Of a stretch of 32,000 nt of DNA, positions 1 through 9,727 are shown piece after piece. Under the pieces are notes generated by a model. The model made no database searches and had not been told where the DNA came from. It was given only the letters and a program-made list of their open reading frames with translations. This stretch comes from Haloquadratum walsbyi C23. GTDB taxonomy: Archaea > Halobacteriota > Halobacteria > Halobacteriales > Haloferacaceae. The DNA lies in contig NC_017459.1 of NCBI RefSeq assembly GCF_000237865.1, forward strand, positions 1,380,001 through 1,412,000, read 5' to 3'. Position 1 is the first letter of the stretch; every line of letters starts with the position of its first letter. The position numbers and the translations under genes were made by a program.

Positions 1-108
1 TCGCGTTGCTCGCTCCTTGAAGAAGAGGTCTTAGCACCTCATTTCAGGTAAGTTGCCGAAGTGCTACTGTCGTAGCCGTTATGTGAATGAGTGTCGCTTT
101 CTATATAT

Positions 109-300
109 ATGCCCTCTGAGAAACAGTGCCCAGACTGTGACGAGCCACTAGAACGAATGAAGTTGAACGAGAGCCACGGACAGCCATCAATCGTTTCAAC
201 GGACAGTGGATTCGTTGACCAACTGATGTCGGGGAGTCTCACATCAGTCTCACATGTCTGCCCTGAGTGCAAACGGACGCTGCTATACGCAGAAGAATAG
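109..300 (+). CDS. small zinc-ribbon-like protein (two CxxC pairs)
   Basis: ORF 91..300, with GTG at 91 and the first ATG at 109. CPDC near the N-terminus and CPEC near the C-terminus give a 4-Cys zinc-ribbon pattern. No family recognised and the start is uncertain. Confidence 0.4.
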   Translation: MPSEKQCPDCDEPLERMKLNESHGQPSIVSTDSGFVDQLMSGSLTSVSHVCPECKRTLLYAEE

Positions 301-519
301 AATATTTTGTGTGATGTCTATCATTCTTCCACCGAATAATCCGGGCTTCGCCTGCACTGCTCACCAACCCATTACTCTGTGAAGTAGGTAAAGCGACAGT
401 ACAACTCCCTCAAAGTAGTCCAATTCACCCGCCGTAGAGAGACGGAGTACTAATCGAGGGTGAAGCCGTATACCCAGTGATGAGCGCAAGGGGATCAAAA
501 ACCGTTACAGGAGTAATGT

Positions 520-936
520 TTAGTGGAGGGTTTCGAACGAGTCTCGTAGCACAAGGATGCCAGCAGCGACCGTAAGACAACCTGCAATCGAAGCAAGGGC
601 TGGCCCGACCATCGTCGGCTCGAATGGTCCGGGGAGCCCGACAGACTGTTGTGCAACAAGAAAATGCGGCAGAACAGCATATCCCACACCAAAGACACAC
701 AGAAGCCCTCCTTTCGCTAGGTTCCACGGAAGCATGAGAACAGCGCCACTCGCTGCAGTCGCCACGCCGAGAAAAATGATTTCGGCAAACGCGACTTTGT
801 AGCCGAGTGTAAAAAGCCCGATAGCGGGTATCATGGTTGCGTCGGGACCGGGGGCCATCCACGGAAAGTAGCTGCTGACCGCCAGCACAACAACGGAGGC
901 TACTGTGAGAGCGACGGGCTCACGGGTCGTGTTCAT
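520..936 (-). CDS. hypothetical integral membrane protein (about 4 TM segments)
   Basis: 138-aa ORF made almost entirely of hydrophobic stretches rich in G/A/V/L (for example VALTVASVVVLAVSSYF and GVGYAVLPHFLV). The other ORFs overlapping it look like shadow frames. Confidence 0.6.
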   Translation of the reverse strand: MNTTREPVALTVASVVVLAVSSYFPWMAPGPDATMIPAIGLFTLGYKVAFAEIIFLGVATAASGAVLMLPWNLAKGGLLCVFGVGYAVLPHFLVAQQSVGLPGPFEPTMVGPALASIAGCLTVAAGILVLRDSFETLH

Positions 937-1934
937 ACTGAGATATGTTCTGTCTCGTCAATAAGTGTCTCTTTATGCTGACCGACCCACCCTCTGTATT
1001 AAAGATACCTCCGTTGGATGCTGCTATCTTAGCAAATAATCTTCTTACAGAACCCTCTTTTTTGATAAGATAAGCGTCAAGAAGCCCGACTCACTGGAAC
1101 CACCGCCAGCATACATCACCGATGGAGTCTCGAAACAGGATACTGAATCTCTCCTAGAGTTACAGAAGACATGTCATCTCTATCCACTCATTGTCGAACT
1201 CGGGTTGGAAGGGATGAACATCACAGAAGTCACAGACCAATCAGAAACTGAGGATAAATAACTCATGCACCCTGAGTCTGATTCCATATTGAGATCATGG
1301 CTACCTCGGTTCAACAGAATAGTCGCTTACATGCTGGGTGAGAGACAAATCATGTAGTCATGAACACACCTCCAACAGTGAGCTCTGCGAGTCGTCTGAC
1401 CGAGAACTATTCTGAGGAGTCTCCTGCCACACTTGTCGGACTGGGGCGATTGACGTCTCAACTGTATATCCGAAGGATAACATAAGAGACGAGCTCCGAG
1501 CGCACATTGAATCGGTGGAATCGAACATCAAGACCGACGATGTGAGTGACCCAACAGTTGTTTCAGAGGTCACAGCCGCTCACGCTATACTTGACCGAAT
1601 CGAACGTGAGGACCAATGATTCACGGGTAATACAATCAAAATGAGTGACGAAAGGGTCGAATTGCGGAACAAGATTCGATGCTATGTCACTGAAACAAAA
1701 CACGAGAGAGAAATAACAGTATGAATACTCGTGATCATGATTCTGATCATGACTGTGAAGCTACTATGGCGTTTCTGAGAAAAAAGTAGCTTTGTGAAAT
1801 CCTCCAGAAGTGATAGGACCGGTATGCGAGACATAGAGGGTGTATGCAGCAACCTCAACCCCGAAAGTCACTGTAGTAATCCAACAGGGACAGGTTCCTC
1901 AAACTACTTCTGTTTGCATACGCAATGTATGCAT

Positions 1935-2135
1935 ATGAGCACATCAATCCGCGTTTCTGACGAGACGAAGGAGAAGCTGGCGCGGTTGAAGCGTGAAGAC
2001 GAAAGTTGGGACGAGTTCCTCGACCGATTGGCGAACGAGGGTTCGGGAATGAAGGCTGGTGCATGGAAAGGAACTGACAAAGCCGAAAAGGCGCGTGAAG
2101 CAATCAACCGTTCCCGAGAGAGCTTCCAGCAGTGA
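1935..2135 (+). CDS. vapB: VapB-type antitoxin (small DNA-binding antitoxin)
   Basis: The inner ATG of ORF 1794..2135 gives MSTSIRVSDETKEKLARLKREDESWDEFLDRLANEG..., a typical haloarchaeal VapB N-terminus. Its stop overlaps the GTG start of the downstream PIN gene (GTGA). Confidence 0.8.
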   Translation: MSTSIRVSDETKEKLARLKREDESWDEFLDRLANEGSGMKAGAWKGTDKAEKAREAINRSRESFQQ

Positions 2136-2527
2136 CCGTTCTCGATTCGTCGGTTATCATCGATTACCTCGACGGTGTCGAAGATGTCGTCGATTTCGTC
2201 GATGAACAACCGGTTTTGGTCACCTCCAGCATCTGTATCTATGAAGTTCTCGCTGGTGAGGTGTTTTCAGCGGGTGAGACAGATCTCATCGGGGCGCGTG
2301 AGAACTTCGGGCGAGTCACTGCTCTTGACTTCTCCGAAGAAATCGCGTTTGAAGCTGCCCGGATGCAGGACCGCCTTCTCGACTCTGGCAACCCTATGTC
2401 GCCACGTGACCTCATGATTGCAGCTACGGCTCGATCTGAAGGGAAGGAACTGGTCGTCTCCAACGCTGACTTCGATACAGAAGGCCTCCGTGAACTCCTC
2501 TCTATCCGGAGATTTGGACCGTATTAG
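2132..2527 (+). CDS. vapC: VapC PIN-domain ribonuclease toxin
   Basis: 131 aa beginning (M)TVLDSSVIIDYL, which carries the first PIN acidic residue. Further conserved acidic positions lie in IYEVL, RDLMIAATA and NADFD. It has a 4-nt overlap with vapB. Confidence 0.85.
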   Translation: MTVLDSSVIIDYLDGVEDVVDFVDEQPVLVTSSICIYEVLAGEVFSAGETDLIGARENFGRVTALDFSEEIAFEAARMQDRLLDSGNPMSPRDLMIAATARSEGKELVVSNADFDTEGLRELLSIRRFGPY

Positions 2528-3479
2528 TCCCCTGGATACCTGGATAGTGCCTGGAAGTGTCATGATACACGGCCGTACCCAACCGTCCCAACTATTGTCA
2601 GAAAGTGCGTGCTGAACTTAGAGGCTGAATCTTGTATAGTATCTCTCGACAATTACCGTAGTCCTCAAGATTGACCCTGATACCACCTACTCTCTGCTAG
2701 AAATCTCAGTGGCGGGATCGAACCGTTGTTGAAGATACGCGCTCTGTATTCAGCATGGCTTCAAAAACATGTCATCAGTTGAGGAGTTTCAAACATACCA
2801 CCGTCTGAAACAGTCACTCACTGAAGATTGCGTGTGATTCACGATCCTGTCAAATTCCTAATTAACAGTATGGAAGGTTGTTAGTGGTTGCTACGCCGTG
2901 TTTTGACTATGGGGCGTGATTTAGATGATGTTGACCGGAGTATCCTTTATCTGTATAGTTGTTGAGGTCTTCCCTGCCCTGAGGAGGGGATATCAGCGTT
3001 GCATCTTTCATAAACGCACTGATCGATTCATGAGTCACCGCGCTCATGATGCGTCTCAGATATTGATAATCATGAGAATATCTTCAATCGGGTTGAATCA
3101 GTCACTGACCGTTCTTATCTGGACTACCAAGCTAAACGAGCGCATGGCAGAATAGAATTTAAAAAATCAGATAGACTTGCTTTCATATATATGGTTCATA
3201 TGAATTACTGTGACGATTCTGTTGATAAAATTTAGATATTTATATAAGTCTTACAATAGATATGTAAAAACGTCTAAAGGATTATATAGTATTATAGTCA
3301 TATTTCTTAGTTCGTAGTAATTCTCGGATTTGTAATTATATCACCAGAATATGATAACAGCTGTACTCTCATTATATTCTCATTATATTCTCATTATACT
3401 CTCAGTCGCCTCGTTCAACGGTGAAATCATATGTAGCGGTTGGACTTGGTTAATAAATCATATCTACTCACACATCTCA

Positions 3480-3959
3480 CGTGACTACTATCGAGGACGC
3501 ACTACAGTCACAGTCACAGTCACAGTTCTAGTCGCTGTCACTGATACTGTCGTCAGGAGGTCACTCTCACACTCGTCGTCTAGCATCGTGTCCAGGATAT
3601 GGGATGCTTCGCCGGTCGGACGTAGTTCTGCAAAGTCAAAAATATCGCACGTACATCGGTTGGCTCATAACCTCTGTCGGTATCACATTTCGACATCCGG
3701 ACGCCTTCGCTCGCATCTCACTCTTGATTATGTGAGATAGTACAAGCATATATACGAGTGAGGCGTGGATCGAGCCAAGTTGGGTGAACTCGTCACAGAG
3801 AAAGAGCGCAGCATCGAAATTATTCCCGAGCGTGACCGCCGCGTTCTCACCGTCATCGAGCGGAAACTCGGCATCAAAGTCGACCGACTGTGTTATGAAT
3901 AAGATGGAATAACAAAACGAGCATCTTGACCGCATAGAAGTCCTGGTGAAAACCCGCAA
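3480..3959 (-). pseudogene. decayed gene remnant (unknown family) read in at least two minus-strand frames
   Basis: Acidic, protein-like segments occur in different minus frames. One is VDFDAEFPLDDGENAAVTLGNNFDAALFLCDEFTQLGS (ORF 3636..3959). The other is DIFDFAELRPTGEASHILDTMLDDECESDLLTT, in the next frame downstream. No continuous ORF joins them. Confidence 0.25.
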
Positions 3960-4069
3960 AACGAATATTTGAAATCAGTGAGGACTTGCTCAACGAATAG
4001 AAGTTCGTCTGAAAGAACTAATGTTCGCTTAGCGACACATATTTACAGTCAACCTGAATTCATTAGTCT

Positions 4070-6658
4070 GTGTCAATTACACGAGCGAAGTCGATCGATT
4101 TTCTCTACGAGGAATGCAAGGATTTCGACCTTGTGCTCGTGCCGGATGCGCCAATGGCAAGTGCCCTGAATCGGCGTCTTGATCAACCACATTTTGGACC
4201 CTTTGCAATCACACCACGACGCCTGGCTGCCCGACGTCGGGAGCAAGCCGAGGATCGACTTGCATTCCTCGAAATAATCCAGACAACTGATCTCAACTGG
4301 AAGGAGACGTCGTATGCGGTTGGGAATATTCTCCAGTGCTGGGAGTACCAGGGAGCAGCTGACGCTGTTCTTAATTATGAGCAGTTTGCGACGACTGCCA
4401 CACACACCGCCGTTGACTGCATCACTGAGATGGATACAACGTCCAAACGCCTCACTGAGTATCGTATCGAATCAGACACCTCGGTTGCTGTCGTTGGATT
4501 CAAGCAGTTCACCGAACTTGAGCGCTCAATCCTTCCACCAGACTACGATATTATCAATCCGTTTACCCGAGAACCGTTCGATCATCCCCCCTTCCGCGTT
4601 CTCGATTCACCGACCGCGATCGTCGATGCTGTCCTTGATACGGTTACGACGGAGAACGCTGACGACGTAGCTGTTGTCCTTGACGCTGCCAGCCAGTATT
4701 CCTCGCTCATTGAGTCGGCACTCGAAGCAGCGGATATCCCATATTACGGTGGTCCCGGGTTCACCGACAATACCCGCCACCGTGCATTTCTGCAGCTTCT
4801 CCGAAGTGCCCATGCTGGGAGAGATACGCAGGTGAATGACGTTCGACCTCTACTCACCCAACTCGGAATGTTCATCGATATCGAGCACGATGAGAAGCGT
4901 CTCTACGATCTTGACCGCCAAGAAGTAGACTGGCTTCTTGAGTTCCGCGATGAAGTTCGTTCCAGCACGTTTGAGGAGGCTATCAATGCATATGAGGCAG
5001 TCACGGACAGCACTATCGATACCTTCAGAAACGAACTTGAGACACTCGGCATTCTCGATGATGCTATCACCAAACCAGCAATTGACCGTCTCGAGTTCTA
5101 TTTACAGTCGTATGAAGTTCCTGTCGACCGCGAAAATGACGGCGTCCTATTAGCAGATGCGAAATCGGCTGCTCATGTCGACCGCGCTGTAGTTTTTTAC
5201 CTTGCCATCGATGAAGGCTGGACGCACTCCTCGCCTCGCCGACCGTGGGTGGACGAAGATCAGGAGTTTGAACGGAACATTCGACAGTTCCAACGACTTC
5301 TTCAGAACGGTGTTGACCAGTACTATCTCGTGCAGGATACCTCCGGTGGGACGCCAGTCACTCCATGTCTGTACTTCGAAGAACTGTTTGATAAGGATTT
5401 TGACAAATTTAGCGATCTGGACTCACTGCAGCATTCACGATCATTTCGAGAAACACAAAGCGGATTTGAAAAAGAACCACTCGATGTCTCTCCTGAGGAA
5501 GTCAGTGCACTCAGTCAGTCAAGCCTGAATACCTATGTCAATTCACCCCGTGATTACTTCTTCAGTCGGATTCTCGACAACCCAGATAAAAAACACTTCA
5601 GGGAGGGGAATCTGTTTCATGACTTTGCAGAATTCTATGTCTCCCACCCGGACGTAATCACGACCGACACGCTTGATGAGGTTGCGACCATCATTCTCAA
5701 TGAGGTTGATCCGTTCCTCCGGGGCGTCGATACGGAGGTATGTCACACTACATACCGCGTTGGTCTCCAGACCATCGTCGAATTCCTCGATGGAAACCCG
5801 CCGCAGGGCGACGGATTCGTTACATCAGACAGTGGTCGGGGAGAGAATTTCTTCGCTGAGTACTATGATCGTCCCATCGATGCATCGCACACCGAACGCT
5901 GGTTTGCAAACACCAATCTCGGATTGAAGGGAAAGATCGATCTTGTTCACAACCCCACACGACTTCTTGACTACAAGAGTGGATCTAAGAAGTCCGCTTA
6001 CTCTGTTGTCAAGCACTCGGCGCTTGATCCACCAAGCGACAAACCGAATTTTCAGGCGTTGCTTTATCTCGCTCACCAGCGAAGTGAGCACCCGGATGAA
6101 GAACTACAATTCACGTTTTTCCACTTTCTTGAGACGCTCGACGATGTGGTGACAGGGGACGGTTCCCTGGAGGATTGTCTCACTACGGTGACATACTATC
6201 CAGTCACTTACGAGGAATACATCACACGATCAACTGTCTTTACCGAACTGCAGGAGGACGCTGCAAACGACTGTAACAAGACTTTCTCCAAATCGACGTA
6301 TGAGGTCTACCGAGTTCTATTGGATGCGTACGAGTTTCCGGACACCCGAGACAGCGATGAGCTCATCGAATCAGATTTCGGTCAGACACTCACTGACCGA
6401 CTGATTGCTAATGTTGGGGACTACAAGTACGTCAAAAATGGCTGTAAGCAGGCGCTGAGATACTTACTCCGGATTCGAAACCAGAATTATTTCGCTGACG
6501 ATCTCGACAGATTCGAGGAGTTCGTAAGAGAACGCATGTCAGAATTGAATACTCGCCGTGCCGGTGACGAGCGCTTTCCGGTTCAGGGACTTGGTGGTGA
6601 TCCGAACTATCGGTACGTGGACAATCGAGACTGTATTCTGGAGGGTGAGTCTCGATGA
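4070..6658 (+). CDS. AddB/RexB-like protein: degenerate (Walker-A-less) helicase-like N-region plus C-terminal RecB-family PD-(D/E)xK nuclease
   Basis: 862 aa with a GTG start at 4070. No GxGKT motif is present. UvrD/AddB-like blocks include VAVVGFKQFTELERSIL, AADIPYYGG and VVFYLAIDEGW. Nuclease motif: GKIDLVHNPTRLLDYKSGSKK ... QALLYL. It has a 4-nt overlap with the downstream helicase. Confidence 0.75.
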   Translation: MSITRAKSIDFLYEECKDFDLVLVPDAPMASALNRRLDQPHFGPFAITPRRLAARRREQAEDRLAFLEIIQTTDLNWKETSYAVGNILQCWEYQGAADAVLNYEQFATTATHTAVDCITEMDTTSKRLTEYRIESDTSVAVVGFKQFTELERSILPPDYDIINPFTREPFDHPPFRVLDSPTAIVDAVLDTVTTENADDVAVVLDAASQYSSLIESALEAADIPYYGGPGFTDNTRHRAFLQLLRSAHAGRDTQVNDVRPLLTQLGMFIDIEHDEKRLYDLDRQEVDWLLEFRDEVRSSTFEEAINAYEAVTDSTIDTFRNELETLGILDDAITKPAIDRLEFYLQSYEVPVDRENDGVLLADAKSAAHVDRAVVFYLAIDEGWTHSSPRRPWVDEDQEFERNIRQFQRLLQNGVDQYYLVQDTSGGTPVTPCLYFEELFDKDFDKFSDLDSLQHSRSFRETQSGFEKEPLDVSPEEVSALSQSSLNTYVNSPRDYFFSRILDNPDKKHFREGNLFHDFAEFYVSHPDVITTDTLDEVATIILNEVDPFLRGVDTEVCHTTYRVGLQTIVEFLDGNPPQGDGFVTSDSGRGENFFAEYYDRPIDASHTERWFANTNLGLKGKIDLVHNPTRLLDYKSGSKKSAYSVVKHSALDPPSDKPNFQALLYLAHQRSEHPDEELQFTFFHFLETLDDVVTGDGSLEDCLTTVTYYPVTYEEYITRSTVFTELQEDAANDCNKTFSKSTYEVYRVLLDAYEFPDTRDSDELIESDFGQTLTDRLIANVGDYKYVKNGCKQALRYLLRIRNQNYFADDLDRFEEFVRERMSELNTRRAGDERFPVQGLGGDPNYRYVDNRDCILEGESR

Positions 6659-9546
6659 CTGACTTCAATCCAAACGATCGGCAACAAAAGCTTATCAACA
6701 GCAAGCAGGGCATCCACGTTGTCGACGCCGGCGCCGGAACCGGAAAGACGTTCACGGTCACCCGCCGCTACGCTGAAATTGTCGATAGGGATAATGTAGA
6801 ACCTGAGGACGTTCTCCTCGTGACGTTCACAACCAACGCCGCAACGGAAATGAAGGATCGAATTGTCACCCACTGCGATTACGGGATGCGTGAACTCTCT
6901 GACGCGCCGATTCAGACGTTCCACAGCCTCTGTCGCGATATTCTTATGGAACACGGCTTCAAGACACCGACGCTCCTTGGTATCGATGACCGTATCACTG
7001 GATCCACGCGTGTCATTGAAGACGAGAATGTCGAGAAGGCGCAATTCCGTGAGTTCATCCGTCGATTTAATGATGACCACCCGGAGCACAGCGACTTCTT
7101 CCGCGCTGTTGAAGAACCAGTCGAACTCCTTGGGTTACTCAATCAACTTGCGGCGAAAGGAGTCTTTCCGACAGTTGATGGTTGGTACCGGAACGGCGAA
7201 CGATATTTGGACGGCGACTTTGAGGTCTTCGAGGAAGTTTTCGATGAATTGAATCAGCCCCGAAACAACGGGAGCAAACAGTCGACGCTTCGCTCAAAAC
7301 TTGGGAGATATGGCGATGACAAGTGCTATGTCTCCGATGCACCTGATAAGGAGGAGATTCGCGGCGGATGGGGCGAAAAGCAAGTTCCCCCTGAAGTCGC
7401 AGAAATAGTGTTTGACGAACAACGGGAGGATCTCAAAAACTTCGTCCACGACGTGTATCATGAATACCTAGAGTTCGCTCTCAGTCGGAACTACCTCAAC
7501 TTCGGGTTTCTCCAACTGTTCGCGTTCGTTCTGCTCTGTGATAATCATCAACTCCGCGACGAAGTTGCGTTCGAGTATGTGATGATCGACGAGTTCCAGG
7601 ACTCCAGCGAGATACAATTCAAGCTTTCACTTCTGCTTGCGGATACGAACAACATCTGTGTCGTTGGAGACTGGAAGCAAAGCATCTATTCGTTCCAGTA
7701 CGCTGCCGTTGAGAACATCACGGAGTTTGAGTCTCGACTGGATCGATTCGTCAATGAACTTAATGAAGATCACAAGCGAGTGTCGTGGGCGACCGGTTCA
7801 ATCACCGAAATCAAGCTCGTCGAGAATTACCGATCAACACAGGCAATCCTCGACTTCTCTGAGCACAGTCTCGTAACGCCCGCCGCGAGTAACGACGACG
7901 TCAACGAGGCAGTCGTTCAAGACCGTATCACATCACTCTCATCGAACGCCTCGCATGAGAATTCTCACATCGAGGCGATCCAACACGAGGATGAACACCA
8001 GACCCTCCTGACCAAGATACAGGATATCGTCGGGAATGAAGCATATCAGGTCGAAGAAGATGGTGAACTTCGCCTTCCAGAATACGGCGATATCGCAGTA
8101 CTCACCCGAACGCGTGACTTTGGTCGGGAACTCCTCTCTGTCGCTGAGGAGTATGGGTTACCGATGACCTATGAGGGCGGCATCGAGTTATTCCGTTCTG
8201 ACCCAGCGAAACTCCTCCTGGCGTGGCTACGAATTCTAGAATCAGACTCTAAGCGAGGATGGGCGGTCGTGCTTGAGGAAGCTGGCTACACGCTCGACGA
8301 GATAAAACACGTCCTTGATACCAAGGAGTACCCAGATAGCATGCAGACGTTTGAATCGGATCTTCAATCACTGGAGACCGTTGGTGGAGTTGCCCAGTGC
8401 GTTTTCTCCCAATACGACTACGATGGAGCATACGCCGATGTGCTGCTGACGACGATTCAGTCTGTCCACAGCGAGACGATATCGACGCGAGGCGACCTTA
8501 TTCGGTTTATTGAGCGCGGTATAGAGGACGGAAGCGTCCACGAAGTTCACGCGAGCGCTGGCATGAACTCGGTGACAGTACAGACTATCCATGCGGTCAA
8601 AGGACTTGAACATTCTATCGTAGTGCTCGCGAATATGAACGCTCGTCGCTTCCCACCGTCAAGTGGTAATAATAATGCAATCATATTCGATGATCCAATC
8701 GGGTTGCGCCAGCGGAAAGTCTACGATGACAACGGGTATCCTCATATTCATGATAACTGGCGTACTGATATCCTCAGAAAGTGCCTGCCGCGCGGATATG
8801 ACGAGGAGCGACGGTTGCTCTACGTCGCGATGACGCGGGCTGAGACCCATCTCGTGTTTACTGCGGGTGAGACCCCGAACAGCTTTATCGAGGAGCTCCC
8901 GGTCAATCTTGAAGAACTGGAGCCAGATGTTCACGAAGACAGGATCAGCGAGACGGAACAAACGCACTTACAGATTTCTGTGCCAACGCCGGAGGGACCA
9001 GTCGATCACTCGCCGCACACACTCATGAACGATGATGTGTTTGAGGATGTCGACAATGCAAATGGGAATGGGAACATGAATGTGAATGTGAATGGGAAAG
9101 GGAGGGGGATGACCTTCGGAACGCAGACTCACGAGTTCGCTGAGCGGTACATACTCGAAGGAGATGTCGACCCATCGAATGACGACGAGCGTCATATCCA
9201 GTCGTTCGTAGACTCCCTCGATGGGAAATTACGAGTTGAGGAGGATGTATATCTGCCACTCACTGTTGACGGCAAGCAGATCAATATCTCCGGGATTGTT
9301 GATCTCGTTCACATTCGTCACAACACCGTTGAGATCATTGACTTCAAGACCGACCTCGGGCAGCACGCTGAGGATGAGTATCAAAAGCAACTGAGCGTAT
9401 ACTATCACGTCCTCAACGAATGGTTCCCCGATAGAGAGGTAACCACCCAAATTTTCTATACATATGAAAGAAGATGCGTTGATATCGAACCACTCTCACT
9501 GTCGACATTAGCCAAATTAGTTTCCGACGTCCAGGAGAAAGAGTGA
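6655..9546 (+). CDS. AddA/UvrD-family SF1 helicase with C-terminal PD-(D/E)xK nuclease domain
   Basis: 963 aa.
- **Helicase motifs:** I DAGAGTGKTF, II VMIDEFQDSS, III VGDWKQSIYSF, IV NYRST, V TIHAVKGLEH, VI YVAMTRAETHL.
- **C-terminal RecB-type nuclease motif:** GIVDLVHIRHNTVEIIDFKTD ... YQKQLSVYYHVL. Confidence 0.9.
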   Translation: MTDFNPNDRQQKLINSKQGIHVVDAGAGTGKTFTVTRRYAEIVDRDNVEPEDVLLVTFTTNAATEMKDRIVTHCDYGMRELSDAPIQTFHSLCRDILMEHGFKTPTLLGIDDRITGSTRVIEDENVEKAQFREFIRRFNDDHPEHSDFFRAVEEPVELLGLLNQLAAKGVFPTVDGWYRNGERYLDGDFEVFEEVFDELNQPRNNGSKQSTLRSKLGRYGDDKCYVSDAPDKEEIRGGWGEKQVPPEVAEIVFDEQREDLKNFVHDVYHEYLEFALSRNYLNFGFLQLFAFVLLCDNHQLRDEVAFEYVMIDEFQDSSEIQFKLSLLLADTNNICVVGDWKQSIYSFQYAAVENITEFESRLDRFVNELNEDHKRVSWATGSITEIKLVENYRSTQAILDFSEHSLVTPAASNDDVNEAVVQDRITSLSSNASHENSHIEAIQHEDEHQTLLTKIQDIVGNEAYQVEEDGELRLPEYGDIAVLTRTRDFGRELLSVAEEYGLPMTYEGGIELFRSDPAKLLLAWLRILESDSKRGWAVVLEEAGYTLDEIKHVLDTKEYPDSMQTFESDLQSLETVGGVAQCVFSQYDYDGAYADVLLTTIQSVHSETISTRGDLIRFIERGIEDGSVHEVHASAGMNSVTVQTIHAVKGLEHSIVVLANMNARRFPPSSGNNNAIIFDDPIGLRQRKVYDDNGYPHIHDNWRTDILRKCLPRGYDEERRLLYVAMTRAETHLVFTAGETPNSFIEELPVNLEELEPDVHEDRISETEQTHLQISVPTPEGPVDHSPHTLMNDDVFEDVDNANGNGNMNVNVNGKGRGMTFGTQTHEFAERYILEGDVDPSNDDERHIQSFVDSLDGKLRVEEDVYLPLTVDGKQINISGIVDLVHIRHNTVEIIDFKTDLGQHAEDEYQKQLSVYYHVLNEWFPDREVTTQIFYTYERRCVDIEPLSLSTLAKLVSDVQEKE

Positions 9547-9727
9547 TCCTAACGCGATTTGAAGTAACCCAAACATAAATTGCATCGGTTCAGTCTGGCG
9601 ATCCATAACTCATAATCCTTATAAATCAAAAAAGAGCAGATATAGTGATTCATTCGAGCGATAGGAACGCGTCTCGGTTCGAACCTACCGCAGATGAACA
9701 CGGTTGTCGCTGAGAGTCACAAACAGG

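Noticed and set aside
39-272. 77-aa minus ORF overlapping the zinc-ribbon ORF
   Set aside because: It has no motifs and overlaps the + strand ORF, which at least has a coherent 4-Cys pattern. It is likely a shadow frame.
1794-1934. Long N-terminal extension of the vapB ORF (MKSSRSDRTGMRDIEGVCSN…)
   Set aside because: It is not protein-like. The antitoxin-like sequence begins at the inner Met (MSTSIRVSDETKEKL).
2709-2727. GTGGCGGGATCGAACCGTT resembling the reverse complement of a tRNA T-arm (possible att/tRNA fragment)
   Set aside because: The putative T-stem pairs at only 3 bp, and no acceptor stem or anticodon arm can be built around it. It is probably a chance match.
3150-3420. AT-rich block as a replication origin
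   Set aside because: I could see no ORB-like inverted repeats with G-strings, and there is no adjacent orc1/cdc6 gene. AT-richness alone is insufficient.
3351-3740. 129-aa ORF containing TVTVTVTV
   Set aside because: It crosses the AT-rich block and both tandem repeats. Its hydrophobic and basic composition is atypical, and more protein-like text lies on the opposite strand.
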